From Nitrospinota bacterium (GTDB lineage: Bacteria; UBA8248), in NCBI GenBank assembly GCA_030754595.1, contig JASLZZ010000129.1, positions 32,001-96,000 of the forward strand: a stretch of 64,000 nt of DNA, read 5' to 3'. Positions 40,822-50,730 of the stretch are shown here, in pieces (positions within the stretch are counted from its first letter, which is position 1; each line of letters begins with the position of its first letter). The notes below the pieces were generated by a model. The model was not told where the DNA came from, ran no database searches, and was given only the letters and a program-made list of their open reading frames with translations. The position numbers and the translations under genes are program-made.

Positions 40822-41871
40822 ATGAGCCAGCTCGTCATGGCGGATGAACTCAGACGCTTCGTCACGGAAGTATTCCTCGACACGGGCATGCCCGAGGCGG
40901 ACGCGGCCTGGACCGCCGAAACCCTCGTTCAGGCCGAATTGCGCGGCACCTCGAGCCACGGCGTTATCCGCATCCCCGACTACGCGAATCGGCTCAAGAC
41001 CGGGGCCAACAACCCTGTCCCCGGCATCAAGATCGTCAAGGACGCGGGGGCGCTCGCCCTCATGGACGGCGACAACGGCATGGGCCAGGTCGTCTCCAAG
41101 CGCGGGATGGAGGAATGCCTCGACCGCGCCGGGAAGCACAACGTGGGCGTCGTCATCATGCAGCGAAGCAACCACTTCGGCGCGGCCGGCATCTTCGCCG
41201 CCCTCGCGCTGGACCGAGGCATGGTCGGCCTCGTCACGACGAACACCGTGAGGGTGATCGCCCCCTTCGGCGGCAAGGAAAAACAAATCGGGAACAATCC
41301 GGTCTCCATCGCCGTGCCCGGCGACCCGCCCATCGTGCTCGACATGGCGCTCAGCACCGTGGCGCGCGGATATGTCCTCCAGGCGCTCAAGGCGGGAAAA
41401 CCCATCCCCGAGGGCTGGGGGGTGGACAGCGAGGGCGAACCCACCACCGACCCCGACGAAGTCATCCAAACGGGCTCGCTCACCGCGGTTGGCGGATACA
41501 AGGGCGTCGGCCTATCGGTCGCCATCGATGCCATCCTGGGCTCGGTGACGGGCGGCGCGCACAGCCGCAACGTCGTCGGCATCATGAACCCGGTGGAACC
41601 GGGCAACGTCACCCACGTTTTCGCCGCCCTCCGCATCGAGGCCCTGCTTCCCCTGGCCGAATTCAGTGCCGCCGTGAACGCGCTTGGCGCCTTCCTCCGG
41701 GCCTCGCCGAAGGCGGCCGGGGTCGAGCGCATCTGGATGCCGGGCGAGATCGAGCATGAGAGCGAAAAGGAGCGAATCGAAGGCGGCATCCCTCTCCTCC
41801 CCGAGCGCTATGCCGAACTCGCCGAGCTGGCCGAAAAAATCGGCATCCCCGAGTTGGAAACCCGTTCATGA
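40822..41871 (+). CDS. Ldh_2 family dehydrogenase
   Basis: AELRGTSSHG, SNHFG, GNNP, DMALS, GYKGVGL. Confidence 0.9.
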   Translation: MSQLVMADELRRFVTEVFLDTGMPEADAAWTAETLVQAELRGTSSHGVIRIPDYANRLKTGANNPVPGIKIVKDAGALALMDGDNGMGQVVSKRGMEECLDRAGKHNVGVVIMQRSNHFGAAGIFAALALDRGMVGLVTTNTVRVIAPFGGKEKQIGNNPVSIAVPGDPPIVLDMALSTVARGYVLQALKAGKPIPEGWGVDSEGEPTTDPDEVIQTGSLTAVGGYKGVGLSVAIDAILGSVTGGAHSRNVVGIMNPVEPGNVTHVFAALRIEALLPLAEFSAAVNALGAFLRASPKAAGVERIWMPGEIEHESEKERIEGGIPLLPERYAELAELAEKIGIPELETRS

Positions 41872-42827
41872 GCGCATCCTCCGAGACGCCGCCCCCAACG
41901 CCATCCGAGACACTGGCCGCCATCGCCGCGCAGTTCGCCCGGGGGGCGGGTGAAATCCTGCTCGGCCTCTTCGGAAAACGCGTCGAGGTGGACTACAAGA
42001 ACAAGGCGAAGACCGACCCCGTCAGCGAGGCCGACACGGCGAGCCAAGAATTTCTGACGAAAGCCATCGCCGCGAAATTTCCCTGCCACGGCGTCTTCGG
42101 CGAGGAAAAACCCAAGGACAAGGACGAGGCCCGGCGCGAGGGCGAGCGCGAGGTGCCCGATTATCTGTGGGTGCTCGACCCCCTGGACGGGACGAAAAAT
42201 TTCCTGAACGGCCTGCCGATCTGGGGGTGTTCGGTCGGGGTGCTTTTGAGGGGGCGGCCCGTCGCGGGCGCGGTCTTCACCCCGGAACCGGGACCGGACG
42301 GCGGCGGGACGATTTACCGCGCCTCGGAGGGCGGCGGCGCCTTCCGCGACGGCCATCCCATCCGGGTCGCCGGCGACGAGCAGCCCACCGGCAAGCGCAT
42401 CGCCAGCCTGCCCGGCTCCCACTGGACCCAGTTCCGCCCGACGGGGCCGCTTAAATCGGGCCTCGGGGAAGTGCGGGCTCCCGGCTCGATGGCCTACGAG
42501 CTCGCCCTCGTCGCCCGGGGAGGGCTCCACTACGCGCTGTTCGGGGCGCCGAGCATCTGGGACGTCGCGGCCGGGGTCCTCATCGTCCGGGAGGCGGGAG
42601 GGACGCCCCTCGTCCGCCGCGACGGAACCGACCGGTGGGAGACGCTCGAGAGTTTTTTCCCGCCCGAGAGACTGCCCAAAAACATCGACGCCGCCCGGAG
42701 GTGGCGGCGCTCTCTGCTCGCGGGGAATCCGGCGCTGTGCAAATTCATCTCGGCCAACATCCGGAAAGTGAACCGCCCCCGGCTCTGGGCTGACAAACGC
42801 TGGACCGGGAATCGCCCGAGGGGGTGA
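41868..42827 (+). CDS. Inositol monophosphatase family protein
   Basis: VSEAD, GEE, WVLDPLDGTKNF, WDVAAGVLIVREAGG. Confidence 0.9.
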   Translation: MSASSETPPPTPSETLAAIAAQFARGAGEILLGLFGKRVEVDYKNKAKTDPVSEADTASQEFLTKAIAAKFPCHGVFGEEKPKDKDEARREGEREVPDYLWVLDPLDGTKNFLNGLPIWGCSVGVLLRGRPVAGAVFTPEPGPDGGGTIYRASEGGGAFRDGHPIRVAGDEQPTGKRIASLPGSHWTQFRPTGPLKSGLGEVRAPGSMAYELALVARGGLHYALFGAPSIWDVAAGVLIVREAGGTPLVRRDGTDRWETLESFFPPERLPKNIDAARRWRRSLLAGNPALCKFISANIRKVNRPRLWADKRWTGNRPRG

Positions 42828-42886
42828 GGGGCGCGGCGGAAAATTCTCGTCTCCTCACCTCCCCGGCCCTCACTACCCTAGCGCCT

Positions 42887-44197
42887 TCACCCCCCCGGTG
42901 GAGGAACGGGGACGGGCTTGAAGCTATCGACGGGCGCCTTTTCCCCGGAAGTCTGGATCTCGGGGGGCTCTTTTTTCTCGTCCCGCGGCTGGCTCCGGTA
43001 GGAGTTCCATTCCTTGAGCCTGAGCTCGAAGAGGGGCGGCGGGCGATCTTGTTCCCCCTCCGGCGATCTCCCCCGGATAGAGAAAACAAACGGCCGCCTC
43101 ACCCCCGGCGCGAGCCAGTTGACCCGGTGGGTGGTCGTGCAGCAGCGCCTTCCCTTTTCGACCAGGACGGCCTCGAGAACCAGATCGTAGGCAAAATCCG
43201 TATCGATGTTCAGAAGGGTCCCGCGTACCCGAAGGATGGCCTTGCACGCCCGGCAGCGGCGCGGGCGGTGGACCTCGATCTCGGCGTTCTTGATCTTCAC
43301 CCACCGGGCCGCGCTCCGGCTCCGCTCCTTCCGCATCAAGGAAAGCGAGGCAAGGATTCGCCCCTTGTGGGGGGTGCCGGGATAGCTCTCGAGAAAGCGC
43401 TCGAGGGCGGAGGCGCTCCCCGATCGCTCCGCCGAGCGGAGCACCTCCTCCTCGATTTGTCCGGCGACGATCCTCGCCTCGGGAGTCCCCTTGTAGCGCC
43501 GGAGAAACTCCCGGGCGTCGTCGATGTTTTTCCGGGTCATCACGCGATTGAAGCTGGCCTGGCGGAGCGCTTCCCTGGCCTCTGTCAGATACGGCGTTTC
43601 GGGGTTGTCGTGGATATAGCGCGAGAGGGTCAATTCGTTTCCGCTCGCCATCGCCCGGTCAAGCAACAACCGCTCGAGGCGCTGGGTCGCCGAGGCGGTC
43701 CACTCGCTTTTCGCCTTCCGGTGGCGCGCGATGAAGGCGCGGTAGGCGGCGATGGTGTCCTTCCCCTTCGCCAGCTTGTACTCCGCCCGCTGAAGCCTCT
43801 CCTGCGCCGAGGAGGCGAAGCGGCCCCTCGGATATTTTTCGAGAAACGCCTGGAGCTTTTCCGCCTCCATCCGGGAGATGGCGTCGTAGTAGGAGAGCCG
43901 CTCGGACAGGAGGCGGGCGCGGCGGGCATGTTTTCCGGTCGGGCGCCGATCGAGGTAGGCGTTGTAGGCGGGAGCGGTGTGCAGCTCGACCGCCCTTTGA
44001 AAATCGCTGTCGTCCGCGAGGACATCCGCCGGAGAGCCCGCCGGAGCGGACTTGGGGGCCGCCGTCCTCTGCGCCCCCCCCGCCACGCCGCGGAGAGCGC
44101 CAAGCCGCCGGCCCAGTCCACAGGCGCTCAAAACGAGCGGCAAAAGAAAAAGGCAAACCGCCGCCCGTCGCGAAACACTCCGGCCACCGCCGCGCAT
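42887..44197 (-). CDS. Lipoprotein with six helical repeats of about 31 aa
   Basis: Lipobox VLSAC; repeats such as LQAFLEKYPRGRFASSAQERL and LERFLESYPGTPHKGRILASL. Confidence 0.7.
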   Translation of the reverse strand: MRGGGRSVSRRAAVCLFLLPLVLSACGLGRRLGALRGVAGGAQRTAAPKSAPAGSPADVLADDSDFQRAVELHTAPAYNAYLDRRPTGKHARRARLLSERLSYYDAISRMEAEKLQAFLEKYPRGRFASSAQERLQRAEYKLAKGKDTIAAYRAFIARHRKAKSEWTASATQRLERLLLDRAMASGNELTLSRYIHDNPETPYLTEAREALRQASFNRVMTRKNIDDAREFLRRYKGTPEARIVAGQIEEEVLRSAERSGSASALERFLESYPGTPHKGRILASLSLMRKERSRSAARWVKIKNAEIEVHRPRRCRACKAILRVRGTLLNIDTDFAYDLVLEAVLVEKGRRCCTTTHRVNWLAPGVRRPFVFSIRGRSPEGEQDRPPPLFELRLKEWNSYRSQPRDEKKEPPEIQTSGEKAPVDSFKPVPVPPPGG

Positions 44198-44259
44198 TCG
44201 AAATCTCCTTTTTAACGGTTATCCCGGCCGGACCCGGCGCGCCAGGACGCCCTGCCCGC

Positions 44260-45114
44260 CTAAACGGGCGGCCAGGGGTAGTTCCGGTACTCCTCGGGGA
44301 GGGGCAGCCGGGGCTGGTCCAAAAACGCCCGCACCCTCCTGCGAAACATATCAAACTCTTCACTGTCGATCAGGGAGCCCACCTCGCGGGCCAGCGGGCT
44401 AGCGCCGCCGTCGAGCAGCCGGTCGAGGCTCTTGAGATCGTCGATCAGCTTGCCGGGCAGCTCCCGGCCCGCGAAATCCCAGATGACGGTCCTCAGCTTG
44501 GGCTCGGCGTGAAACGTCAGGCCATGGTCGATGCCCCAGACGCGGCCGTCGTCTCCCTTGAGGCAGTGCCCCCCCTTCCGATCGGTGTTGTTCACGATGA
44601 GATCGAACACCGCCAGCAGGAAAAGCTCGGGGCGACCCTCTTCGAGGAGGGAGAAATAGTTGGCCTTCTGGTCGTGGGCGACGAAAAGATGCATCGACCC
44701 CTCGCCGTGGGGGCCGTCGCGGATGACGGTGGGCGGAACCAGGTGCCAGCCGAGGGCCTCGCTGACCAGAAACGAGCACCGCTCGCGGCGGTGAAGGGTG
44801 CCGTAGGGAAAATCCCAGAGCGGGCGCTCGCCGCCGGCGGGCTTGTAGATTCCGAGAAAGCCGGTCTCCCCGCTCCGGAGCTGAACCACGAAGGTATAGT
44901 TCGAACCGTGGGGGACAAGTTCGCCCCCCTCGATTTCGGCGCGGGAAAGCATCTCCTCGATCCGCGCCGGCGTGAGGCGCAGTCTCTCCTCCCCGCTTTC
45001 GCCCCGAGGATTTTCGCCCGGAGAGCTTTCGACGTCTCCCCCCCCGGGGCAGCATCCCGGATCGGGGCCGGGTCTGAAAACCATCTCAGCGGCCACATCG
45101 CCTGCCGCGGCCAC
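44260..45114 (-). CDS. SCO1664-family PI3/4-kinase-like protein
   Basis: GSNYTF, YKPAGGERPLWDFP.GTL..RE, VPPTV.RDGP.G.GS, NNTDRKGGH, GIDHGLTFH.EPKLRTVIW. Confidence 0.85.
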   Translation of the reverse strand: MAAAGDVAAEMVFRPGPDPGCCPGGGDVESSPGENPRGESGEERLRLTPARIEEMLSRAEIEGGELVPHGSNYTFVVQLRSGETGFLGIYKPAGGERPLWDFPYGTLHRRERCSFLVSEALGWHLVPPTVIRDGPHGEGSMHLFVAHDQKANYFSLLEEGRPELFLLAVFDLIVNNTDRKGGHCLKGDDGRVWGIDHGLTFHAEPKLRTVIWDFAGRELPGKLIDDLKSLDRLLDGGASPLAREVGSLIDSEEFDMFRRRVRAFLDQPRLPLPEEYRNYPWPPV

Positions 45115-45146
45115 GCCGCCTGCCGGGGCCGAAAGCGGCTCGGGGA

Positions 45147-45743
45147 TTAATGCTTAAAGTGGCCATTCGAATTGGGATTGACCTTTCCGGCGGCGACAAG
45201 AGCCTGCCGGGAAACAGAATCCGTTCCCCTTCCCGATGCGCAGAGTTCGAGGCTCCGGTCCACGAAACCCACCGAGGCGCTCACCTTGAGGGTGATCTGA
45301 AGCTTGGCCCGTGGCGGATTTTCCTCCTCGCCGGCCATACTCTCCATTCCTTCCTCCCCCTCGGAGAAGGTGGGGTCCTCCTCCTCCTCGAGCGCATCGT
45401 GGAAGAAAAGCGTGACATGCTCCGTGCCGGGGCCGAAGGCCAAGCCCAGGCGGCCCACCTTGAACTCGACCGCCTCGCGCGAGGATCCCTTGAGCATTCC
45501 TTCATCTTCCACGAAGGGAACGCCCGCCCCCTCGGCCCCCTCGCCCGCTTTCCAGGGCTCGCTCTCGAGGAGTTTCTTGATCGCCACCGAGAGGCCGTAA
45601 AGCTGTTCCTTCTCGATCCAGAGCGTGGCGGCCGCGGGCGGCGACCCGTCGATCAGGAGGCGGAACACCCGCTTCCCCGGAACGCCCAGAGACTCGGGCT
45701 CGACCCCGTTCACCAAACCGAAATTATGCCGCGCCATTTCCAT
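45147..45743 (-). CDS. DUF3090-like protein
   Basis: GVPGKRVFRL, LWIEKEQL, EFKVGRLGLAF, C-terminal SGR…SNGH; adjacent to the SCO1664-family gene. Confidence 0.7.
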   Translation of the reverse strand: MEMARHNFGLVNGVEPESLGVPGKRVFRLLIDGSPPAAATLWIEKEQLYGLSVAIKKLLESEPWKAGEGAEGAGVPFVEDEGMLKGSSREAVEFKVGRLGLAFGPGTEHVTLFFHDALEEEEDPTFSEGEEGMESMAGEEENPPRAKLQITLKVSASVGFVDRSLELCASGRGTDSVSRQALVAAGKVNPNSNGHFKH

Positions 45744-45892
45744 CGTTTCGCGTGTCCTTTGGCTAAAACAAAAAATAAACCGGCAAAATGGCGGCCCGCG
45801 GGTTCTTTTCTCCCGGTCCGAGCCGCCCTATAATCCCCCCACCGGGAAGCGCGCCGCCCGCTCCAACGAACCGGATACCACAGGCCATTCAA

Positions 45893-46045
45893 ATGACCCA
45901 GTCCGAAAACACGCCAGACGAGAGAGATAGGGCCGGCCTGATGGAGTACTGCATCCTGGCCCTGATGATCGTCGTCGTGACCGTCACCGCCTGGACCCTC
46001 GTCGACAACGGCCTTCTCGACACCCTGACCAGCCTATTGAAATAG
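45893..46045 (+). CDS. Flp/Fap pilin-like peptide
   Basis: 50 aa; AGLMEY followed by a hydrophobic helix (E+5/Y+6 pattern). Confidence 0.5.
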   Translation: MTQSENTPDERDRAGLMEYCILALMIVVVTVTAWTLVDNGLLDTLTSLLK

Positions 46046-46075
46046 CGCCGCCGCCTTCAATTCGGAACAAATCTT

Positions 46076-46113
46076 CCAGGCGCTTCATCTCCTCCCAGGC
46101 GCTTCATCTCCTC
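46076..46113. repeat. Perfect 19-bp tandem duplication
   Basis: CCAGGCGCTTCATCTCCTC twice, head to tail. Confidence 0.85.
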
Positions 46114-46403
46114 TGGAAGCTCACCGGGGCTGGGCCGCCGGGTGGGCCCGTCGGGCGGGATCATACCGGCGAAAATCCTCGTTTCGGACGGCAATCGGAA
46201 AATTTCGACACCTCCGCATACCACGCCTCGGCGGCGAACAAAAGGTCCGCCCCGCCTTGTCAAAGAACATCCGCCGGGCGATATTCTCTCGACACCCCGA
46301 TGCGGGCCGCCGGTGGGGCCGGCGGATTCGCCGCGCGCCTCCTTAGGCTCGCGGACGCGGGCATATTCTTCCACCATCCGGCTCTTATAAAGCGAGGACT
46401 CAA

Positions 46404-47171
46404 ATGGGAAATACCAAATTCGATTTTTCAGGGCAGGTGGCCGTCGTCACCGGCGCCGCCGTGGGCATCGGCCGGGGCGCGGCCGTGGCCTTCACCGAGG
46501 CCGGAGCGCGGGCCTACCTTCTCGACATCGACGATGAGAAAACCGAAAAGGCCGCCGAGGCGATCCGTGCCGCGGGCGGCGAGGCCACATTCCTTCACTG
46601 CGACATCACCGACTCGAAATCCGTTCAAGAGACATTCGACCGCATCGTCTCCGAGGCCGGGCGCATCGACATATTGCTGAATAACGCCGGCGGCTTCACC
46701 TCACAACTCACCGTCGCCGAGACCACCGAGGAGGAATGGGACGCGGTCATCGACCGGAACCTCAAGGGCCTCTTCCTCTGTTCGCGGGCCGCCATCCCCA
46801 CCCTCATGAAGCAAAAAAGCGGCCGGATCATCAACATGGGCTCCGCCGCCGGCCAGGTTTCGATAACCCGCTCCTCGCCCCCCTACTCGGCGGCCAAGGC
46901 GGGCGTCCACGCGATAACCCGGGTGATGGCGAACGAACTCGGAGAGCACAACATCACCGTCAACGCCATCGCCCCCGGCACCACGGCGACCGACCGCGTC
47001 ATCGCCCTCCGCAGCCCCGAGCAGAGAAAACAGATCGGGGCCATGTCGCCCCTCGGGCGAATCGGCGAGGTCGAGGACATGGTGGGCTGGATTCTCTTCC
47101 TCGCCTCGCCGGAGGCGGGCTACTACACGGGCCAGACAGTTTCGGTGAACGGCGGCCGCCACGCGGTCTGA
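46404..47171 (+). CDS. Short-chain dehydrogenase/reductase (FabG-like)
   Basis: TGAAVGIG, NNAG, YSAAK, VNAIAPG. Confidence 0.92.
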   Translation: MGNTKFDFSGQVAVVTGAAVGIGRGAAVAFTEAGARAYLLDIDDEKTEKAAEAIRAAGGEATFLHCDITDSKSVQETFDRIVSEAGRIDILLNNAGGFTSQLTVAETTEEEWDAVIDRNLKGLFLCSRAAIPTLMKQKSGRIINMGSAAGQVSITRSSPPYSAAKAGVHAITRVMANELGEHNITVNAIAPGTTATDRVIALRSPEQRKQIGAMSPLGRIGEVEDMVGWILFLASPEAGYYTGQTVSVNGGRHAV

Positions 47172-47246
47172 TTTTTCCCCGGACTTCCTTATCTCGGATA
47201 TCCCAATGGGAAATCCGGGATTTGATCACTCCGGAGGGCGCGCGTT

Positions 47247-47870
47247 ATGAGCGACTATCTCGAATTCGACCCGGGCGCCATCGAGCGGCGCGAGGTCTAT
47301 CGCCTGCTGACCGGCTCCGTCGTCCCCCGGCCCATCGGCTGGGCCTCGACCCGGAGCGCGGCGGGCGTCGACAACCTGGCTCCCTTCAGCTTTTTCACGG
47401 TGGTGTGCGTCGCGCCGCCGATGATCACCCTCACGATCGCCCACAACCCGGACGGAAGCAAGAAACACACCCTCCGGAACGCCGAGGAGACCGGCGAGTT
47501 CTGCGTCAACGTGGTCGATGTCGCCAACTGGAAGGAGATGGTTGACTCGGCGAACGGCCTACCCGAGGAGGAGAGCGAGTTCGACGCCACCGGGCTGACC
47601 GCCATCCCCGGCGTCGGGACGGGCGCTCCCCGCGTGAAGGAGGCGCCCATTCATCTCGAGTGCAAGGTGGACCGGGTGCTCGAGCTGGGCCCCAACAAAC
47701 ATCCCCTGCTCTTCGGCGAGGTGGTCCGCTTCCACGTCCGGCCGGCCGTCATGGAGGGGAAGTACATCCGGATGGAAAAACTCGACCCCCTGGGCCGCCT
47801 GAACGGTATGTTCTACTCAACGACCGGGGAGATCCTAGAGCGCTCCTTTGACGACGGCCAGCCGAGGTAG
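47247..47870 (+). CDS. Flavin reductase-like FMN-binding protein
   Basis: VVPRPIGWAST, NLAPFSFF, KHTLRN…GEFCVN, HLEC, PLGRL. Confidence 0.9.
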   Translation: MSDYLEFDPGAIERREVYRLLTGSVVPRPIGWASTRSAAGVDNLAPFSFFTVVCVAPPMITLTIAHNPDGSKKHTLRNAEETGEFCVNVVDVANWKEMVDSANGLPEEESEFDATGLTAIPGVGTGAPRVKEAPIHLECKVDRVLELGPNKHPLLFGEVVRFHVRPAVMEGKYIRMEKLDPLGRLNGMFYSTTGEILERSFDDGQPR

Positions 47871-47958
47871 GCTCCGCAGGAGCCTCTCCGGCACCGGAGC
47901 CTTGTCGCAGCCGCGCCACGAATGGCGACCCCTACAACCCGCCCCGCTGGCGAATCCT

Positions 47959-47996
47959 GAAAAAAAACCAGCCGCTCGGCCTCGCCGGTTTTTTTC
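47959..47996. terminator. Bidirectional terminator candidate
   Basis: GAAAAAAAACC…GGTTTTTTTC between convergent genes. Confidence 0.55.
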
Positions 47997-48052
47997 CTCA
48001 ATACTTCCCTGACCTCGCCCTCCCGCTCCGCGTCGATCGAGAGCGAGACCTG

Positions 48053-48259
48053 CTATCCGACCTCGAAGCCGGCCTCCTCGACCGCCTTCTCGAAATCCTT
48101 GACGCCGGCCGCGGCCTCGTCAAAGACCACCTCGGCGGTCTCCGCCGCGAGGTCCACCCTGGCCGAGTTGACGCCCGCGACCCCGCCCAGCGCGCCCTCA
48201 ACGGCCGCCTGGCAGTGCTCGCAGGACATGCCCTTCACCTGAATCGTCATATTTCCCAT
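48053..48259 (-). CDS. copZ: Copper chaperone
   Basis: GMSCEHC, 68-aa HMA domain, downstream of copA. Confidence 0.9.
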   Translation of the reverse strand: MGNMTIQVKGMSCEHCQAAVEGALGGVAGVNSARVDLAAETAEVVFDEAAAGVKDFEKAVEEAGFEVG

Positions 48260-48287
48260 CCTCGAATCCTCCGAAACTCATTAACAA

Positions 48288-50690
48288 TCACCGCTCCGGC
48301 CTCCACCGCCGGAGCAAAAGGGTGTTGCTCACCACAAACACCGAACTGAACGCCATCGCCGCGCCCGCCACCACCGGGCTCAGAACGCCCAGCGCCGCGA
48401 GGGGGATTCCCAAAACATTGTAGAAAAAAGCCCAGAAAAGATTTTGGCGGATCTTCCGGAGCGTCGCCCGCGACAATCGGACCGCGTCGGTGACGCCCAT
48501 CAAATCCCCGCGCATCAGGGTGACGTCCGAGGCCTCCATCGCCACGTCCGTTCCCGTACCGACGGCGAAGCCAACGTCGGCCTCCGCAAGCGCGGGCGCG
48601 TCGTTGATTCCGTCGCCCACCATCCCGACCACTTTCCCCTGCCCGCGAAGCGCCTTCACCTTGGCCGCTTTCTCCTCGGGAAGAACCTCGGCTATGACGC
48701 CCGTTATCCCCGCCTGGGCGGCGATGGCTCCGGCCGTGCGGCGATTGTCCCCGGTCATCATGTAGACCTCGATCCCCATATCGAGAAAGGATTTCACGAC
48801 CCCGGGCGAGGTGTCCTTGAGCGTATCCGCCACCGCCACGGCCCCTAAAATCTTTTTTTCGTCGGCGAGGAACATCACCGTCTTTCCGGCCTCCTCCATC
48901 GCCGCCACCTCGGGCGCGTGCTCGCCCGGCGAGAAGCCGCGCCCGTCCATGAGTTTCTCGTTGCCCAGCCAGAGCGTCCGGCCTTCGATCTTCACCTCGA
49001 GGCCCTGGCCCGGCACGGCCTGAAAATCCACAGCCGGAAGCAGCTCAACGCCCTCCCGCTTCCCCCGCGCCAGAATCGCCTCGCCGAGGGGGTGCTCGGA
49101 GCCCTGCTCGGCGCTCGCCGCGAGCTGGAGCAGACCGGGCGCATCGACCCCGCCGAACGAAACGATGTCGGTCACCTCGGGCTTGCCGTTCGTGAGGGTC
49201 CCTGTCTTGTCGAGAATGATGGCATCGAGCTTGTGGGCGGTCTCGAGCGATTCGCCCCCTTTGATGAGGATGCCCGCCTCGGCGCCCTTGCCTGTCCCGA
49301 CCATGATGGCGGTCGGGGTGGCTAGCCCCAGCGCGCAGGGGCAGGCGATCACCAGCACGGCGACCGCGTTCACCAGGGCGGGCGCGAATCCGGCATAGGC
49401 GTACCAAAGCGCGAAGATCGCCGCCGCGACGGCGAGGACGGCGGGGACGAATATTCCCGAAATTTGATCGGCGAGGCGCTGAATCGGGGCCTTTGAGCCC
49501 TGGGCTTCCTCGACCAGGCGGATGATCTGGGCCAGGACCGTGTCCTTGCCCACCTTCGTCGCCCGGAAGCGGACGGCGCCGTTTCCGTTGATCGTCGCTC
49601 CGGTCACCATGCCGCCCGGCCCCTTTTCCACCGGAATGCTCTCGCCGGTGATCATCGACTCGTCCACCGAGGTTTGGCCCTCTTCGATCTCGCCGTCCAC
49701 CGGGAACTTCTCCCCCGGCCGGACCTGGACCAGATCGCCCTCGACCACCTGCTCGACGGGAATCTCGCGCTCCTCGCCTTCGCGCAGAACACGGGCGGTC
49801 TTCGACTGGAGGCCCATGAGCTTGCGGATGGCGTCCGAGGTGCGCCCCATCGCCCGGCTCTCGAGCACCTTGCCCAGGAGGATCAGGGTGATGAGGACCG
49901 CCGGGGCCTCGTAGTAGACGAACATGGCGTCAAGGCCCAGCGCTGTCACCGTGAGGCTGTGGAAATATGCGGCCGAGGTGCCCAGCGCCACGAGGACATC
50001 CATGTTCGCTCCGCCTCCGCGCAGCGAGTGATAGGCCCTGCTGTAAAACCGCCAGCCCGCGATGAACTGCACCGGCGTCGCGAGGGCGAACTGCCACCAA
50101 CGGGTAAGCTCCCAGGGCTCCCCGCCCGGGAGGTGTCCCCTCATCTGATAGAGCAGGGGCGCCGAGAGAAGCGCCGAGGCGGCGAGGATCCAGAGCTCTC
50201 GCCGGGCCGTCTTTTCGCGGGCGGCGCGCTCCGCCTCCTCTTCCCCCGCCGAGATCTCGTGGGCGGTGTAGCCCGTTTTCTCCACCCGCGCGATCAGTTC
50301 CTCGGGCGAAGCCACCCCCGCCCGGTAGCGGACGAGCGCCCGCCCGGTAGCCAGGTTAACGGTGGCCGACACCACCCCCTCTAGCACATTGAGCCGCTTT
50401 TCGACCCACGCCGAGCAGGCGGCGCAGGTCATCCCGCCGACGGCGAGCTCGGCGGATTTTTCGGGCACCGTAAAACCCGTCTGGACGATGCGCTCGGCGA
50501 TGCCCGAGGGGGTCACGGCCTCCGGGTCGTAGAGGACGCTGGCCCGCTCGGTGGCGAGGTTGACGCTGGCCTCGGAGACGCCCTCGAGGGCGCCGAGGCG
50601 CCGCTCCACCCGCGCCGAGCAGGAGGCGCAGGTCATCCCCCCCACCGGAATTTCGGTCTTGACGAGGTTTTTTTCGGCCACCTCTACCAT
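48288..50690 (-). CDS. copA: Cu(I)-transporting P1B-type ATPase
   Basis: Two GMTCxxC domains, [36 protein letters not shown]. Confidence 0.96.
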   Translation of the reverse strand: MVEVAEKNLVKTEIPVGGMTCASCSARVERRLGALEGVSEASVNLATERASVLYDPEAVTPSGIAERIVQTGFTVPEKSAELAVGGMTCAACSAWVEKRLNVLEGVVSATVNLATGRALVRYRAGVASPEELIARVEKTGYTAHEISAGEEEAERAAREKTARRELWILAASALLSAPLLYQMRGHLPGGEPWELTRWWQFALATPVQFIAGWRFYSRAYHSLRGGGANMDVLVALGTSAAYFHSLTVTALGLDAMFVYYEAPAVLITLILLGKVLESRAMGRTSDAIRKLMGLQSKTARVLREGEEREIPVEQVVEGDLVQVRPGEKFPVDGEIEEGQTSVDESMITGESIPVEKGPGGMVTGATINGNGAVRFRATKVGKDTVLAQIIRLVEEAQGSKAPIQRLADQISGIFVPAVLAVAAAIFALWYAYAGFAPALVNAVAVLVIACPCALGLATPTAIMVGTGKGAEAGILIKGGESLETAHKLDAIILDKTGTLTNGKPEVTDIVSFGGVDAPGLLQLAASAEQGSEHPLGEAILARGKREGVELLPAVDFQAVPGQGLEVKIEGRTLWLGNEKLMDGRGFSPGEHAPEVAAMEEAGKTVMFLADEKKILGAVAVADTLKDTSPGVVKSFLDMGIEVYMMTGDNRRTAGAIAAQAGITGVIAEVLPEEKAAKVKALRGQGKVVGMVGDGINDAPALAEADVGFAVGTGTDVAMEASDVTLMRGDLMGVTDAVRLSRATLRKIRQNLFWAFFYNVLGIPLAALGVLSPVVAGAAMAFSSVFVVSNTLLLRRWRPER

Positions 50691-50730
50691 TTCATATCCA
50701 CAATTAAAACAATTATATAAATAGCGTTAC

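Noticed and set aside
42824..44215. 463-aa plus-strand ORF overlapping the IMPase stop
   Set aside because: The minus-strand frame has a lipobox and regular repeats, while the plus frame has no recognisable features.
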